Positions 26,427 through 39,970 of a stretch of 64,000 nucleotides of DNA are shown piece by piece (positions within the stretch are counted from its first letter, which is position 1; each line of letters starts with the position of its first letter). The notes under the pieces are model-generated. The model was not told the DNA's origin, searched no databases, and saw only the letters and a program-made list of their open reading frames with translations. This DNA is from Malacoraja senta. Taxonomy: Eukaryota. Location of the stretch: assembly GCA_038087875.1 (NCBI GenBank), contig CM075997.1:8248001-8312000 (forward strand), in the 5' to 3' direction. The translations under genes and the position numbers were made by a program.

Positions 26427-26792
26427 GGAGAGTTGCTCACACTCCCCAAATATATTAATGAAAGATTCTTAAAATTCTATCAGCACCTATACTCATCAAA
26501 AACAACAGCCGATCCTGCAAAGATCCCATCCCTTAATGAGGAGGAACGAGAGGAATTAGGTGCTGTTAACAATAATAGACATTGAAGAGACTATGAAATC
26601 ATTGAAAAGCGGAAAAACGCCAGGTCCGGATGGGTTCAGTAATGAATTTTACAAAAAAAATTCAATGATTCAATTTCCCCACGTTTACGAGCCCTTTATA
26701 TTCCCGCTTTTAAAGAACAGACTTTAGCACAAACCCTGGCTGAATCAACCATTACACTGATACCTAAAAAAGATAAAAACCTTGAAGAGCCT
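26427..26792 (+). mobile_element. L1 ORF2 linker / RT N-terminal fragment
   Basis: INERFLKFYQHLYSS, LKSGKTPGPDGFSNEFYKK, ESTITLIPKKDK. Confidence 0.85.
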
Positions 26793-29700
26793 TGTAGATG
26801 AGATATGCGTGTGCCTTTAATATAGTGACCTCATCACTACTAACCACTCCCCATATCACAAGTATAATTACAACCTCCCCACCCACATATCGCTCTCTAG
26901 TTCCTGTGACAGACCACGTACAGCTAGTGCCTTCTGTAATGCTCCAGTAAGAATAAAGGTAGTAAAGTAACGATGTGTCGTTAACACTTCTTTACAGGGT
27001 GTCTTACCCTGGCGCCTCCCGTTTATCGGTTTATCATTTAATTTTGTCCCAGTTTTTTGTTTCCACACCCCTCTTATTTCCTCGGCATGGCCAATTCTTG
27101 CCGCAAACCCGATGTGCTCGTTTTCGATTCTGACATTGCCCATGGATGGGATGTTTTCAGACGTGACTTTGACCATTATGTCACAATCGCTCATCCTGCC
27201 GCCACCCCAGAGCTCAGAGCCTCTCTGCTTCTCAACTTGGCTGGTCCCGAGGCCCTGGCTCGGTCAGACTTCTTCGTCTACGCTGCGGGTGAATCTGCTC
27301 GGGACCCGGTATGTCTGTTGGCTAACTTTACCGCTATTTGTGACATTCCATCAAACTGCATCTTAGAACGTTTTAAACTGTTCGCGCGGCGTCAGCTCCC
27401 TGGGGAATCTGCCGAGCACTATGTCGCTGCGCTGCGGCATCTGGCCAGGCGGTGCCGCCTTAACACGCTGACCCCCGAGGAGATTACTAGGGACCTTCTG
27501 GTTTACGGTCTCCGCGACGAGAAGCTGAGGGCTGAACTTTTGCGCAGGCCCGATCTGAACTTTAATGATGCAATGCATGCCTGTCGTTTGGCCGAAGCTG
27601 TCACCTCCGCGGTGTCACCGGCTGACCATGATATTAACTTTGCCAGCACTACCAGCCGTCGGATGAACACTTCCCGCCCACCACCCCCGGGGTCGGTCAC
27701 TGCTCCAGGGGGACGTGCCCCGGGGTTCGGCACTGCTCCCGGGGGACGTGCCCGGCAAAGGTGCCCTAATTGTAACTTTACGACTCATCAATACCCTGCT
27801 TTGGGTAAGACTTGCAACAACTGCAAGAGACTGAATCACTTTGCTGCGGCCTGCCGTTCCAGTGGGAAGCCTTTTGCTGCTCCTAGGTTTATTTTAAACA
27901 ACTTGGTACAAGCTGATAACGAGCTCAGCTCCCAGTGCTATTTCGACGAACAGTCTGTATCTGAATCCGACTCCTCTCAGGGGGAGACAAGCCTGTTTTC
28001 TGTGTTGGACGCACCTGCTGTGATAACTGACCCTTCAGTTCGTGAAACTGTGAACAACTCGACCTTCACTGCTAAGATTGATACCGGGGCGGTTGCGAAC
28101 GTTATGTCAACAACCCTCTTCAACAAGATAAGGACTAATGAGAAGGTTTTTTCTGACAGCTCAACTTTACATGCCTACGGGGGAGGGGTGCTTACTCCTG
28201 TGGGAAAGGCAACTCTGAACTGCAAGATACTGGAGTCCTCTCGGCCCCTCACTTTCTATCTCCTCGATCGAAAATGCATTACCGTGTTGGGCATCCAAGC
28301 ATGCCAGGACTTGGGCCTGGCCTCCTTCCACCGTGACATCCACCAGTTGCACGCCCTCATGGACCCGTTGGCTGAATACCCTGACCGCTTTGATGAAGAG
28401 CTGGGAAAGCTGCCCTGCAACTACAAGATTGTAGTCGACCGCAATGTCGATCCAGTGGTCCATGCGCCACACCGTGTCTCCTTCGCCATGAAGGACAAAG
28501 TAGAATCGACGCTGCACAGCATGGTAAAAATGGGCATCTTAAAGGCCGTCATCGCTCCCACCAGGTGGGTCTCCACCATGGTTGTTGCCGCGAAAAAGGA
28601 CAAAAGCGAAATACGCATTTACATAGTTACATAGAAAATAGGTGCAGGAGTAGGCCATTCAGCCCTTCGAGCTTGCACCGCCATTCAATATGATCATGGC
28701 TGATCATCCAACAGTATCCCGTACCTGCCTTCTCTCCATACCCCCTTATCCCTTTAGCCACAAGGGCCACATCTAACTCCCTCTTAAATATAGCCAATGA
28801 ACTGGCCTCAACTACCTCTGTGGCAGAGAGTTCCAGAGATTCACCACTCTCTGTGTGAAAAAGCATTTCCTCATCTCGGTCTTAAAGGATTTCCCCCTTA
28901 TCCTTAAGCTATGACCCCTTGTCCTGGACTTCCCCAACATCGGGAACAATCTTCCTGCATCTAGCCTGTCCAACCCCATAAGAATTTTGTACGTTTCTAT
29001 AAGATCCCCTCTCAATCTCCTAAATTCTAGCGAGTATAAGCCAAGTCTATCCAGTCTTTCTTCATATGAAAGTCCTGACATCACAGGAATCAGTCTGGTG
29101 AACCTTCTCTGCACTCCCTCTATGGCTATAATGTCCTTCCTCAGATTTGGAGACCAAAATTGTACGCAATACTCCAGGTGTGGTCTCACCAAGACCCTGT
29201 ACAACTGCAGTAGAACCTCCCTGCTCCTATACTCAAATCCTTTTGCTATGAAAGCTAACATACCATTCGCTTTCTTCACTGGCTGCTGCACCTGCATGCC
29301 TACTTTCAATGACCGGTGTACCATGACACCCAGGTCTCGCTGCATCTCCCCATTTCCTAATCGGCCACCATTTAGATAATAGTCTGCTTTCCTGTTTTTG
29401 CCACCAAAGTGGATAACCTCACATTTATCCACATTATACTGCATCTGCCAAACATTTGCCCACTCACCCAGCCTATCCAAGTCACCTTGCAGTCTCCTAG
29501 CATCCTCCTCACAGCTAACACTGCCCCCCAGCTTAGTGTCATCCGCAAACTTGGAGATGTTGCCTTCAATTCCCTCATCCAGCTCATTAATATAAATTGT
29601 AAATAGCTGGGGTCCCAGCACTGAGCCTTGCGGTACCCCACTAGTCACTGCCTGCCATTGAGAAAAGGACCCGTTTACTCCTACTCTTTGCTTCCTGCTT

Positions 29701-32056
29701 GCCAGCCAGTTCTCTATCCACATCAATACTGAACCACCAATACCGTGTGCTTTAGGTTTGTACACTAATCTCTTATGTGGTACCTTGTCGAAAGCCTTCT
29801 GAAATTCCAGATACAACACATCCACTGGTTCTCCCCTATCCAATCTACTAGTTACATCCTCGAAAAAATCTATAAGATTCGTCAGACACGATTTACCTTT
29901 ATTAAATCCATGCTGACTTTGTCCAATAATTTCACCACTTTTCAAATGTGCTGCTATCCCATCTTTAATAACTGACTCTAGCAGTTTCCCCACTACCGAT
30001 GTTAGACTAACTGGTCTGTAATTCCCCGTTTTCTCTCTCCCTCCCTTCTTAAAAAGTGGGGTTGATTTGCATCAACCCCATAGACCTCAACCTGGCCATT
30101 AAACGCCCGCACTACCCTATGAGAACAGTAGAGGAAGTCGCTGCACAGGTTGGTCCGGCAACTTGACGAGCAGTCCTCCATCTTGACAACTTTCGGCACC
30201 CCATTCGGCAGATTTCGGTTCCTCCGGATGCCATTCGGAACCAACTCTGCTAGCGAGGTGTTCCAACGGACTATGGAGCAGCTGTTTACCGGTCTACCGT
30301 GCGCCATCATCGTTGATGACATCCTCGTTTACGGTAAGGATGTCGCTGAACACGACTTCAACCTCCGCCAGGTCCTAGACCGGGCCCGGAAAATCAACTT
30401 GAAACTGAACACCAAGAAGTGCCGATTCCGCGTCCCGGAGGTCACCTATGTTCGACATGTATTCACCGCCTCGGGGCTGAAACCAGACCCGCAAGAAACG
30501 GCTGCCATTTCCGGGATGTCTTCTCCTACTGATGTGGCCGGCCTGCAACGCTTCCTAGGCATGGTAAACTACCTGGGGAAGTTCATCCCCGACCTCAGCG
30601 AGCTCAGCGCACCCCTGAGGGAGTTGATAAAGAAGGACACGTCCTAGGCTTGGTTCCCCCTCCACCAGAAAGCCTTCGACATCCTTAAATCCAAGCTGAT
30701 CAGTACCCCTACACTCAGGTTTTTTGACCTGCAGCGTCCCATTATCCTCACCTGCGACGCCTCTCAGTTCGGGCTCGGTGCCGTTTGTCTTCAGCTCCAT
30801 GACGGCCTGCAGCTGCCTGTCTCCTTCGCGTCCCGCACCATGACCGCTGCCGAACAGCACTACGCGCAGATCGAGAAGGAGCTACTGGCCGTGGTGTTTG
30901 CCTGCTACAAATTCAAGGGCTACATCCTGGGCAACACTTTCACCATCGAGACTGATCACCAGCCGCTTGTCACCATTCTCAACAAATCGATCCATGTTGC
31001 CTCATCCCGCCTGCAGCGCATGATGCTGCAGCTCCAGCGGTTCACTTTCGACGTGGTTTATCGTAATGGCAAGGACATGTTCGTGGCCGACACGTTGTCT
31101 CGCGCTCCGCTGACATTCACCGATCGCCACCCCTACAAGATGTCGGACCTGTTGGTGCTCCATGTGAATATTGTCCCTTCACAGCAGATGAAATCCGTGG
31201 TTGAACACACTGCCAGTGAACCTGCCCTGCAACAGCTCTCTGCCATCATCCAGCAGGGCTGGCCTGACCGTCGTTCCGCTTTGCCGGCTGGCGCCGTGCC
31301 CTACTTCCTGGTCCTTGACGAGCTCGTACTACACGACGGCGTGGTGGTGAAGGGTCACAAGGTTGTCGTGCCTGCTGCGCTGCACGACCATTATTTTCAG
31401 GTCGCTCATCGCGGTCATCCTGAGGCCGAAGCCACCTTGTCTCACGCCCAGAGCCAGTTCTACTGGCCTTGTGTGGCTCAATACATCCGGGAGAGGGTCT
31501 CTTCGTGTTCCACCTGCAACAGTATCGCCCCCCACCAGCAGCGACAGCCGCTTGTGCAGCAGCCTGCCCCAGAACTGCCCTGGATGGCGGTTGCCGTTGA
31601 CATTTTCGAGTGGCGGGGCAAACACTTCCTGGTTGTCGTTGACTCTTACTCCAGCTGGTTTGAGGTCGACCAGCTGCACTCCCTCACCTCTTCGGCCGTT
31701 GTCGATAAGTTAGGCCACCATTTTGGCACTCTTGGCACCCCGGCCAGCCTGCAGTCGGACAATGGCAGCCAATTCACGAGCTCCGAGTTTAAAGCTTTCG
31801 CATCCAGATGGAACTTCCGCCATTTCACCAGCAGCCCCGAGTACCCGCAAAGCAACGGTCTGGCCGAGCGCGCCGTCCGCAGTGCAAAGAACTTGCTGGA
31901 ACAATGTCGCTTGTCCAACTCCGACTTCTATCTGGCCCTCCTCAACCTCCGCAACATCTCCCGCGACCCTGCCATGGGCTCCCCTGCTCAGCGGCTCATG
32001 TCTCGCGCTACCAGACCCCCGATCCCGGTGGCCCAGCGCTCCCTCATCCCTGTTCC
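26793..32056 (+). mobile_element. Gypsy LTR retrotransposon (copy 2, related family): 5' LTR 26793-26996, gag-pol from ATG 27087, split by a CR1, 3'-truncated in integrase
   Basis: LTR TGTAGAT...TTTACA resembles the copy 1 LTR. MANSCRKPDV, IDTGA, IVDD and PQSNGLAER in ORFs 27057-28634, 30150-30647 and 30840-32198. No 3' LTR. Confidence 0.92.
28621..30064 (-). mobile_element. 5'-truncated CR1 nested in the Gypsy RT
   Basis: ORF 28812-29993 is an intact RT segment (GVPQGSVLGP, KFADDTK). Host EIRI|CINP rejoins; ATTT on both sides. Confidence 0.93.
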
Positions 32057-32062
32057 TGCTCT

Positions 32063-32830
32063 CCCTGTTCCTGCTCTCGCTAGGACGAGGAACTGGAAGC
32101 AAACCGGAGATAACCACCCTGGAGATCCTGCTTTTCAGCACTTTTCCGAGCTCAGGATATTCATACCCTTCTTTCCGACACCGTTTGAGCCAACATGAAC
32201 CACAACTTCCGGCTGTTCGCCTTCGCCCATGAGGATTTTCTGCACTCTGTCCGTGACATCGTGGATCCTGGCACCAGTGAGGCAGCACGCCATCCTCGAA
32301 TCCCGTCTGTTGCCGCAGTAACCTCTGTCCGTACATCTCACAATAGAGTATCCAACTACCACGGCGTAGCCCAACGTCGGCCTCTTTGCTTTTGGCTCAA
32401 CAGCACTTTTTGATTCGCAAGCCAGTGCGCCGCTCAATGATTTAACGTCTTCAGTCCTGACAGCTTACAAGTGGGTGAACCTGTTCACAATAGGTACAAC
32501 ACCCGGGGACCTTTGCATTCCATGTTTACTTCTCCTTCTCACCGTCCCCACCTTATCTCTTCCAGTATCTTAGGTGTAACAATCTTACTGTAGGACTTGT
32601 AGGACTCGTCGAGGAACGCATCCGCTTCTCTGACGAACCTGAGGTCATCCACTTGCTTCTCCAGTTCCCCAACACGGTCCTACAGGAGGTGTACCTGGAT
32701 GCACTTCTCACATTTGTAGCAGCCAGAGGCACCAGCGGTGTCCTTGACCTCCCACATACTGCAAGCATCAGTTTTTGCGTACCCTCCTTTCCTCAGCCTC
32801 CTCGCCGAAGACTCTCGAGCCAAAGATTCA
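32063..32830 (-). mobile_element. CR1 ORF1 fragment (zinc finger and SGNH esterase-like domain)
   Basis: YKCEKC; VVVGYSIVR (degenerate GDS), CCLTGARI, VVVHVGSN, VVISGLLPVPR. Confidence 0.85.
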
Positions 32831-33186
32831 CAATTCATAGATCATTGAAGGGTACAGCGCAGGAACCCAAGGGCTGCGTCCCAAACTTTCGGCATGAACC
32901 AAGACAAATTCATCTTATGTGCACTTGAAGAAAGCAGGGCTTGGCATGAGGGTGGTGAGGGCATGTTTACCCCCTTTTGCAAAGTACTTCCTTTTGCAAA
33001 GAGTGTCGCGGAGGCGTGGAATGCACTGACAGTGGCCAAGGTGGAAGACGACATGATAAGGGCATGTAAGAGACTTTTGCATTACGACGTGATTAATCGG
33101 GGATTGGGGGTGTGTGGATCAAGTGCAGGCTGAGGAGGTTACTGTAACATGGCGTCATGTTCGGCACGTAGATAGAGAGCCGAAGG

Positions 33187-33545
33187 ACATAGAAACATAG
33201 AAAATAGATGCAGGAGGAGGCCATTCGGGCTTTCGAGCCAAACACCTCCATTCGTTGTGATCATGGCTGATCGTCCCCATCAATAACCCGTACCTGCCTT
33301 CTCCCCATTTCTCCCGATTCCACTAGCCCATAGAGCTCTATCTAACTGTTTCTTAAATCCACCCAGTGATTTGGCCTCCACTGCTCTCTGTGGCAGGGAA
33401 TTCCACAAATTCACACTCTCTGGGTGAAAACGTTTTTTCTCACCTCAGTCTTAAATGGCCTCCCCTTTATTGTAAGACTTTGGCCCCCTGGTTCTGGACT
33501 CGCCAAACATTTTGGAACATTTTTCCTGCATCTAGCTTGTCCTGT
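33187..33545 (-). mobile_element. CR1 3' end
   Basis: ACATAGAAACATAGAAAATAG tail and conserved 3'UTR. Confidence 0.85.
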
Positions 33546-33582
33546 TCCAGTGCTAGAAATTTCTATATTCCATGTTACACAG

Positions 33583-33850
33583 AATCATAATAATCAATAA
33601 TCATAATCATATTCGTAATCATAATCATAATCATATTCATAATCATAATCATAATCATATTCATAATCATAATCATAATCATAATCATAATCATAATCAT
33701 AATCATATTCATAATCATAATCATAATCATATTCATAATCATAATCATAATCATAATCGTATTCATAATCATAATCATAATCATAATCATAATCATAATC
33801 ATAATCATAATCATAATCATAATCATAATCATAATCATATTCATAATCAT
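33583..33850. repeat. (ATCATA)n microsatellite, about 44 units, with ATTCAT variants
   Basis: Directly visible. Confidence 0.97.
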
Positions 33851-34572
33851 ACTTTATTAGCAAAGTATGTTTTGCCACATACAGGAATTTGATTTGCCGT
33901 ACAGTCATATCAATAAAAAGCAACAAGACACACAAAATTAATTTAAACATAAACATACACCACAGTGACTGCTCCACATTCCTCAATGTGATGGAAGTCG
34001 AAAAGAAAGTGCAATCTCTTCCTTTCTTTCTTCCCCCGCGGTCGGGTGCCCCGAACCTTCCTTTCTTTCTTCTTCCGTGGTCGAGCCCTCCGCGTCGGGG
34101 CGATCTAGAACCTGCGATCTCAGCTACCCCGCGCCGAGCGATTGGACCCCGGGTCGGGGTTGGTCGAACCTTCTGCGACTTTGGGGCGCCCCGACATCGG
34201 ACTCTACCCGAGAGTGCGAGCTCCTCGATGGTAAAATCCGCAAGCCGCGGTTGGAGCATCAATCCCCGGCAAGGCATTGCAGGCTCCGATGGTCCACTGC
34301 CTCGCGTTGGGGCTCGAAGTCAGTCTCGAACAAGGCGTCCAGCTCCATGATATTAGGCCGCAGAGCGACCGGAGATACGATCCGGAAAACAATCGCATCT
34401 CCGTCAATGTAAGAGATTGAAACAACGTTTTCCCGGACCCTCTCCCCCACCCCCACATAAAACCCAGAGAACATTAACACAAACTTTTTAAAACACACAA
34501 AACATAACAAAAAATACGAAAAGACAGGCAGACCGTTGACGAGGGTGTCATCGCCCCCGGCCCCACCCAGTG
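33851..34572 (-). mobile_element. Probable non-autonomous retroposon; GC-rich body ending AATAAAG plus (TATGAT)n tail
   Basis: Minus-strand AATAAA immediately precedes the microsatellite. CpG-rich body with no recognisable ORF; family not identified. Confidence 0.5.
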
Positions 34573-35473
34573 AATACAGGTAACGTCATGCATAATAGCT
34601 AAGTCCCAAATATTAGGAATAGATTTAAATAATATGGAAGAATCGAGGTGATCTCACAGAGTCACAGATCAGGGAAACAGGCCCTTCAGCTGAATTCGCC
34701 CATGCCGACAAAGATACATTATTGCTAGCGTCTATTACCAGCGTCGTACCCATATCACTCTGAATTTATTCTATCCATATGCCTGTTCAAATGTCTTCTA
34801 AATCTTGTTATGCTATCCGCACCGACAACTTCTTCTGTCAGCTCGTTCCGTATACCTGTTACACACCGTTTGAAAAATTTAGTTTGCTATCAAATCTCAT
34901 TGAAACATCGAATACTCTTAATATACTTGACAGGCTGGGTATACTTCGCTCAGGACTAGTGATGTGTTCACTTCTAAATAACCTCAAATGATTGTGCAGT
35001 TTATCCCAAATATAACACCATATCTCATACTTTAAAAACAATCAGGGCACCGCACCATCGTCCGTGAAGTTTCGCCCCATTCACATACGCCATATCCGCA
35101 TCCCAACTCTTTAGTTGCCAATAACCCTTTTGTTTCCTCGTTGTCTCCTCACTCCTCTCACTCCAATGAATGAACAGCCTAATGAGACCGCACCGTCAAT
35201 AAATCACCTATTCACATACTAGCCACGCTCCAACCCATTATATTCTGCCGCACTACTATCGGTTACCCACACCTCCACAATTCTACCAATGACGTTCATT
35301 TCAGTTGCAGATCTGCACCTTTTTAATCTGATCACGATTTCAGTGCCAGACATAGCTGTCATTTGTTATACCATGCACGTTGTACGTGAGGCGCTATAGT
35401 ATTAAGATTAAAAACAAATGTGAGATGTTTCCAATCCTGCGCATACAATCTAACCAGCAGAATATTATTGCAG

Positions 35474-35767
35474 ATCATGTCTTGATGCCACGAATTGTTC
35501 CTGACCAATATTCGGGCGTATATGTGAAAGGAGAAACGGCGACGCTTACATGCAGCAGCCTGAGTATTAAGAGCGGCAGCCCGTTCAATTTCTACAGGAA
35601 CAGGGAGCTACTAACTCCCACTGATGAAGGAGGGCGTTGGGCAAGACTGCGCATTGATCATATGTTCGATTGGGACCAAGGACTGTACACATGCCGAGAC
35701 TCGAGAACCATTGCCGGGAGGCAAGTGCTGTCGCCCTACAGCAGAGCAGTTGAATTATATGTAACAG
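35474..35767 (+). CDS. Ig-domain exon A (C2-type) of an LRC/FcR-like multi-Ig receptor
   Basis: ttgcag acceptor, G|gtaacg donor, 294 nt, phase 1-1. GETATLTC...FNFYRN...DQGLYTC...SPYSRAVELYVT. Confidence 0.85.
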
Positions 35768-36224
35768 GTAACGTGATCGAAGATTTGTGACTTTAGTTTG
35801 CTCCGAATTATCAATAATCTAAAGAAATATTTATGAACGTCACGAAAGTGGAAACAGGACCAACATTTTGTGAACACAACTCCCCCACCCCTACGCAAAG
35901 ACTGCACAAGCTTGAAGACCTGATCTTTAGAGATAGATTGAGCAGGTTGGGACTTTAGCCTGGAATCTGGGGGATGATCTTATAGAAGTATAGAAAAGAG
36001 CGAGAGGGATATAGGGATAGTCTTTTCCCCACATAGTGAAACCAAGTGTATTCAGGACAGAGTATTCAGGTGAGAGGAGATCGATTTAATAGGGAATCGA
36101 GGAATAACCTATATATGCAGAGTGTGTTGGGTACACGACCGGGTAGAAAGGGAAGACGAAGCTAGGGAAATCATATTTAAATGGCATTTGGAAAAGAAAT
36201 TGGACGAGCTTAGATGAGGCATAG

Positions 36225-36312
36225 TCACAAAGTGGTCGAATTACTCAACGGGTCAGGCAGCATTTCTCGAGGAAAAGGATGGGTGACGTTTCGGGTCGGG
36301 ATCCTTCTTCCG
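36225..36312 (-). mobile_element. Penelope-like terminal fragment with degenerate hammerhead core
   Basis: Minus strand CGGAAGAAGGATCCCGACCCGAAACGTCACCC; homologous to 44468-44580. Confidence 0.7.
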
Positions 36313-36869
36313 CCTTAAAGAAGGGGGCGAGAAAAATCCAGGACCAATTAGGGGAGGCCTGAAGTGCCCTCCAGCAGGACGGTGCCTGATGAACTAATTA
36401 TTGGCTAGGGAATTTGTAACCTCAAGTGGAAAACAATGTGAAGTATTAAACTGGTAAAACTATTAGAGTGGACGAAGGGGTCATGGGGAGGGTGAGGAGA
36501 GTGAGAGGAATTTACTTAAACTGACGCTGCAAATGGTTAGTCACCGCATGCCGACGACAAATCAACACCAAATGTCAACCGGGTCCGCAACTGAACGACA
36601 TCAAACGATGAAGGTTGAAGAATAATATGTTATAAGTATAAATTGTAGTGGCGAAATGAGCACTGACCTCTGTGCGTGAACAAGGAAACCAAAAATCAAT
36701 TTTTTGTACAAAATCAATACTGATTCAAGAAGAAGCTCTAAAGAAAGATCGGACGAATCAGAGTCTCTAAACACCAAAAAAGTATCATTTTACAATGACC
36801 ACGCTGGTCATTCCAAAGCCCAGACCAGTGGCTAAATAGTGTAGAGGAAGAATACACTAGACGAAGGAC

Positions 36870-39580
36870 CACTTTCCAACATAATTGTATAAGCGGTAAG
36901 AGGGTTGTAAAATCAAGCCTGAAGGCTTTGTGTCTCAATGCAAGGAGCATTCGTAATAAGGTGGATGAGTTGAATGTGCAGACAGTTATTAATTAATATG
37001 ATATAGTTGGGATCACGGAGACATGGCTCCAGGGTGACCAAGGCTGGGAGTTGAACATCCAAGGATATTCAATATTCAGGAGGGATAGACATAAAGGAAA
37101 AGTAGGTGGGGTACCGTTGCTGGTTAGAGAGGAGATTCACGCAATAGAATGGAAGGACATTAGCTTGGAGGATGTGGAATCGATATGGGTAGAGCTGCGA
37201 AACACTAAGGGGCAGAACACGTAGTGGGAGTTGTGTACAGGCCGCCTACTAGTAGTAGAGGAGTTGGGGATGGCAACAACCAGGAAATTAGAAATGCGTG
37301 CAACAAAGGTAAAACAGTTATAATGGGTGACTTCAATCTACATATAGATTGGGTGAATCAAATTGGCAGGGGTGCTGAGGAAGAGGCTTTCTTAGAATGT
37401 ATGCGGGATAGTTTTCTAAACCAACATATAGAGGAACCAACGAGAGAGCAGGCTATTCTAGACTGGGTATTGAGTAATGAGGAAGGGTTAGTTTGCAGTC
37501 TTTTTGTGGGTTGCCCCTTGGGCAAGAGTGACCATAATATGGTTGTGTTCTTCATTAGGATGGAGAGTGACATAATTAATTCAGAAACAAGGATTCTGAA
37601 CTTAAAGAATAATAACTTTGAGGGTATGACACGTGAATTGGCCAAGATAGACTGGCAATTGATTCTTAAAGGGTTGACGGTGGATATGCAATGGAAGGCA
37701 TTTAAAGACTGCATGGATGAACTACAACAATTGTTCATCCCAGGTTGGCAATAAAATAAACCAGGGAAGGTAGTGCATCCGTGGATAACAAGGGAAATCA
37801 AGGATAGTATGAAAACAAAAGATGAAGCATACAAATTAGCCAGAAAAAGCAGCCTACCAGAGGACTGGGAGAAATTCAGAGTCAAGCAGAGGAGGACAAA
37901 TGGCTTAATTAGGAAAGGGAAAATAGATTATGAAAGAAAACTGGCAGGGAACATAAAAACTGACTGCAAAAGTTTTCATAGATATGTGAAAAAAAGATTA
38001 GTTAAAACAAATGTGGGCCCCTTGCAGTCAGAAACAGGTGAATTGGTCATGGGGAACAAGGAGATGGCAGACCAATTGAATAACTACTTTGATTCTGTCT
38101 TCAATAAGGAAGACATGAATAATCTGACGGAAATAGCGGGGGACCGGAGGTCAAATGAGATGGAGGAACTGAGTGAAATCCAGGTTAGCCGGGAAGTGGT
38201 GTTAGGTAAATTGAGTGGATTAAAGGCCTATAAATCCCCAGGGCCAGATAGGCTGCATCCCAAAGTACTCAAGGAAGTATCCCCAAACATAATGGATGCA
38301 TTAGTGATAATTGTTCAAACCTCTATAAATTCTGGAGTAGTTCCTGAGGATTGGAGGGTAGCTAATGTAACCCCACTTTAAAAAAAGGGAGGGACAGAGA
38401 AAACGGGGAATTACAGACCAGTTAGTCTAACATCGGTAGTGGGGAAACTGCTAGAGTCCGTTATTAAAGATGGGATAGCAGCACATTTGGAAAGTGGTGA
38501 AATCATTGGACAAATTCAGCATGGATTTATGAAACGTAAATCATGTCTGACGAAGCTTATAGAATTTTTCGAGGATGTAACTAGTAGAGTGGATAATGGA
38601 GAACCAGTGGATGTGTTATATCTCGACTTTCAGAAGGCTTTCGACAAGGTCCCACATAAGAGATTAGTATACAAACTTAAAGCACACGGTATTGGGGGTT
38701 CAGTATTGATGTGGATAGAGAACTGGCTGGCAGACATGAAGCAAAGGGTAGGAGTAAACGGCTCCTTTTCAGAATGGCAGGCAGTGACTAGTGGGGTAAA
38801 ACAAGACTCAGTGCTGGTACCCCAGCTATTTATAATATATATTAATGATTTGGACGAGGGAATTGAACGCAACATCTCCAAGTTTGCGGATGACACGAAG
38901 CTGGGGGGCAGTGTTAGCTGTGAGGAGGATGCAAGGAGGCTGCAAGATGACTTGGATAGGCATGCAGGTGCAACAGGCAGTGAAGAAAGAGAATGGTATG
39001 TTAACATTCATAGCAAAATGATTTGAGTATAGGTGCAGGGAGATTCTACTACAGTTGTACAGGGTCTTGGTGAGACCACACCTGGAGTATTGCGTACAGT
39101 TTTGGTCTCTTAATCTGAGGAGCGACATTCTTGCCATAGAGGGAGTACAGAGAAGGCTCACCAGACTGATACCTGGGACGTCAGGGCTTTCATATGAAGA
39201 AAGACTGGATAGACTCGGCTTGTACTCGCTAGAATTTAGCAGATTGAGGGTGGATCTTATAGAAACAAGGGGTCACAGTTTAAGGATAAGGGGGAAGTAT
39301 TTTAGGACCGAGATGAGAAAAACATTTTTCACACAGAGAGTGGTGAATCTCTGGAATTCTCTGCCACAGAAGGTGGTTGAGGCCAGTTTAATGTCTATAT
39401 TTAAGAGGGAGTTAGATGTGGCCCTTGTGGCTAAAGGGATCAGGGGGTATGGAGAGAAGGCAGGCACGGGATACTGAGTTGGATGATCAGCCATGATCAT
39501 ATTGTATGGCGGTGCAGGCTCGAAGGGACGAATGGCCTACTCCTGCACCTATTTTATATGTTTCTATGTTTCTATGTTTC
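36870..39580 (+). mobile_element. CR1 LINE ORF2 (EN+RT, with stops and deletions) plus 3' tail
   Basis: ORFs 37224-37754, 37773-38381, 38439-39026, 39055-39477. (TTCTATGT)n tail. Confidence 0.93.
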
Positions 39581-39599
39581 TAATATCCTCGCGTAAGAA

Positions 39600-39965
39600 G
39601 CGCGTTAACCTTCGGAAAGTCCGCTCATCGAATGTGATAAATAGAGAATCCAATTTTAAGTTCCCCAAGCAACAAATGAGCAGCAGGTCCTCCAATTTCC
39701 GTGTGGCCTCATTCTGACAATGGAGGAGGACCAGGACAGAAAGTTCAGTATGGCAATGCGAAGGGGTTGGCACCCAAGAGATTACATAGACCTTGGTGTT
39801 CAACGAAACTCACCGTCTACCTTTGCTCTCGCCGATATACAGAAGCCCACATCGGGCGGTTGCAGGGGAAATACCTGGGGAGGCGTTGGTTTGGGCCGGA
39901 AGCGATGAGTGAACCAACGATTTGCGGAGAGCGTGGTTCCGGCGCAAAGCGGAAAGTGGTGGAGA
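39600..39965 (-). mobile_element. Penelope-like GIY-YIG endonuclease remnant
   Basis: RCGLLYIGESK and HCHTELSVLVLLHCQNEATRKLE..LI..LG match the vertebrate PLE endonuclease C-terminus as I know it. Confidence 0.78.
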
Positions 39966-39970
39966 TGGGG

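Noticed and set aside
33572..34277. His-Asn, Met-Ile and Tyr-Asp repeat ORFs
   Set aside because: They are translations of the (ATCATA)n microsatellite.
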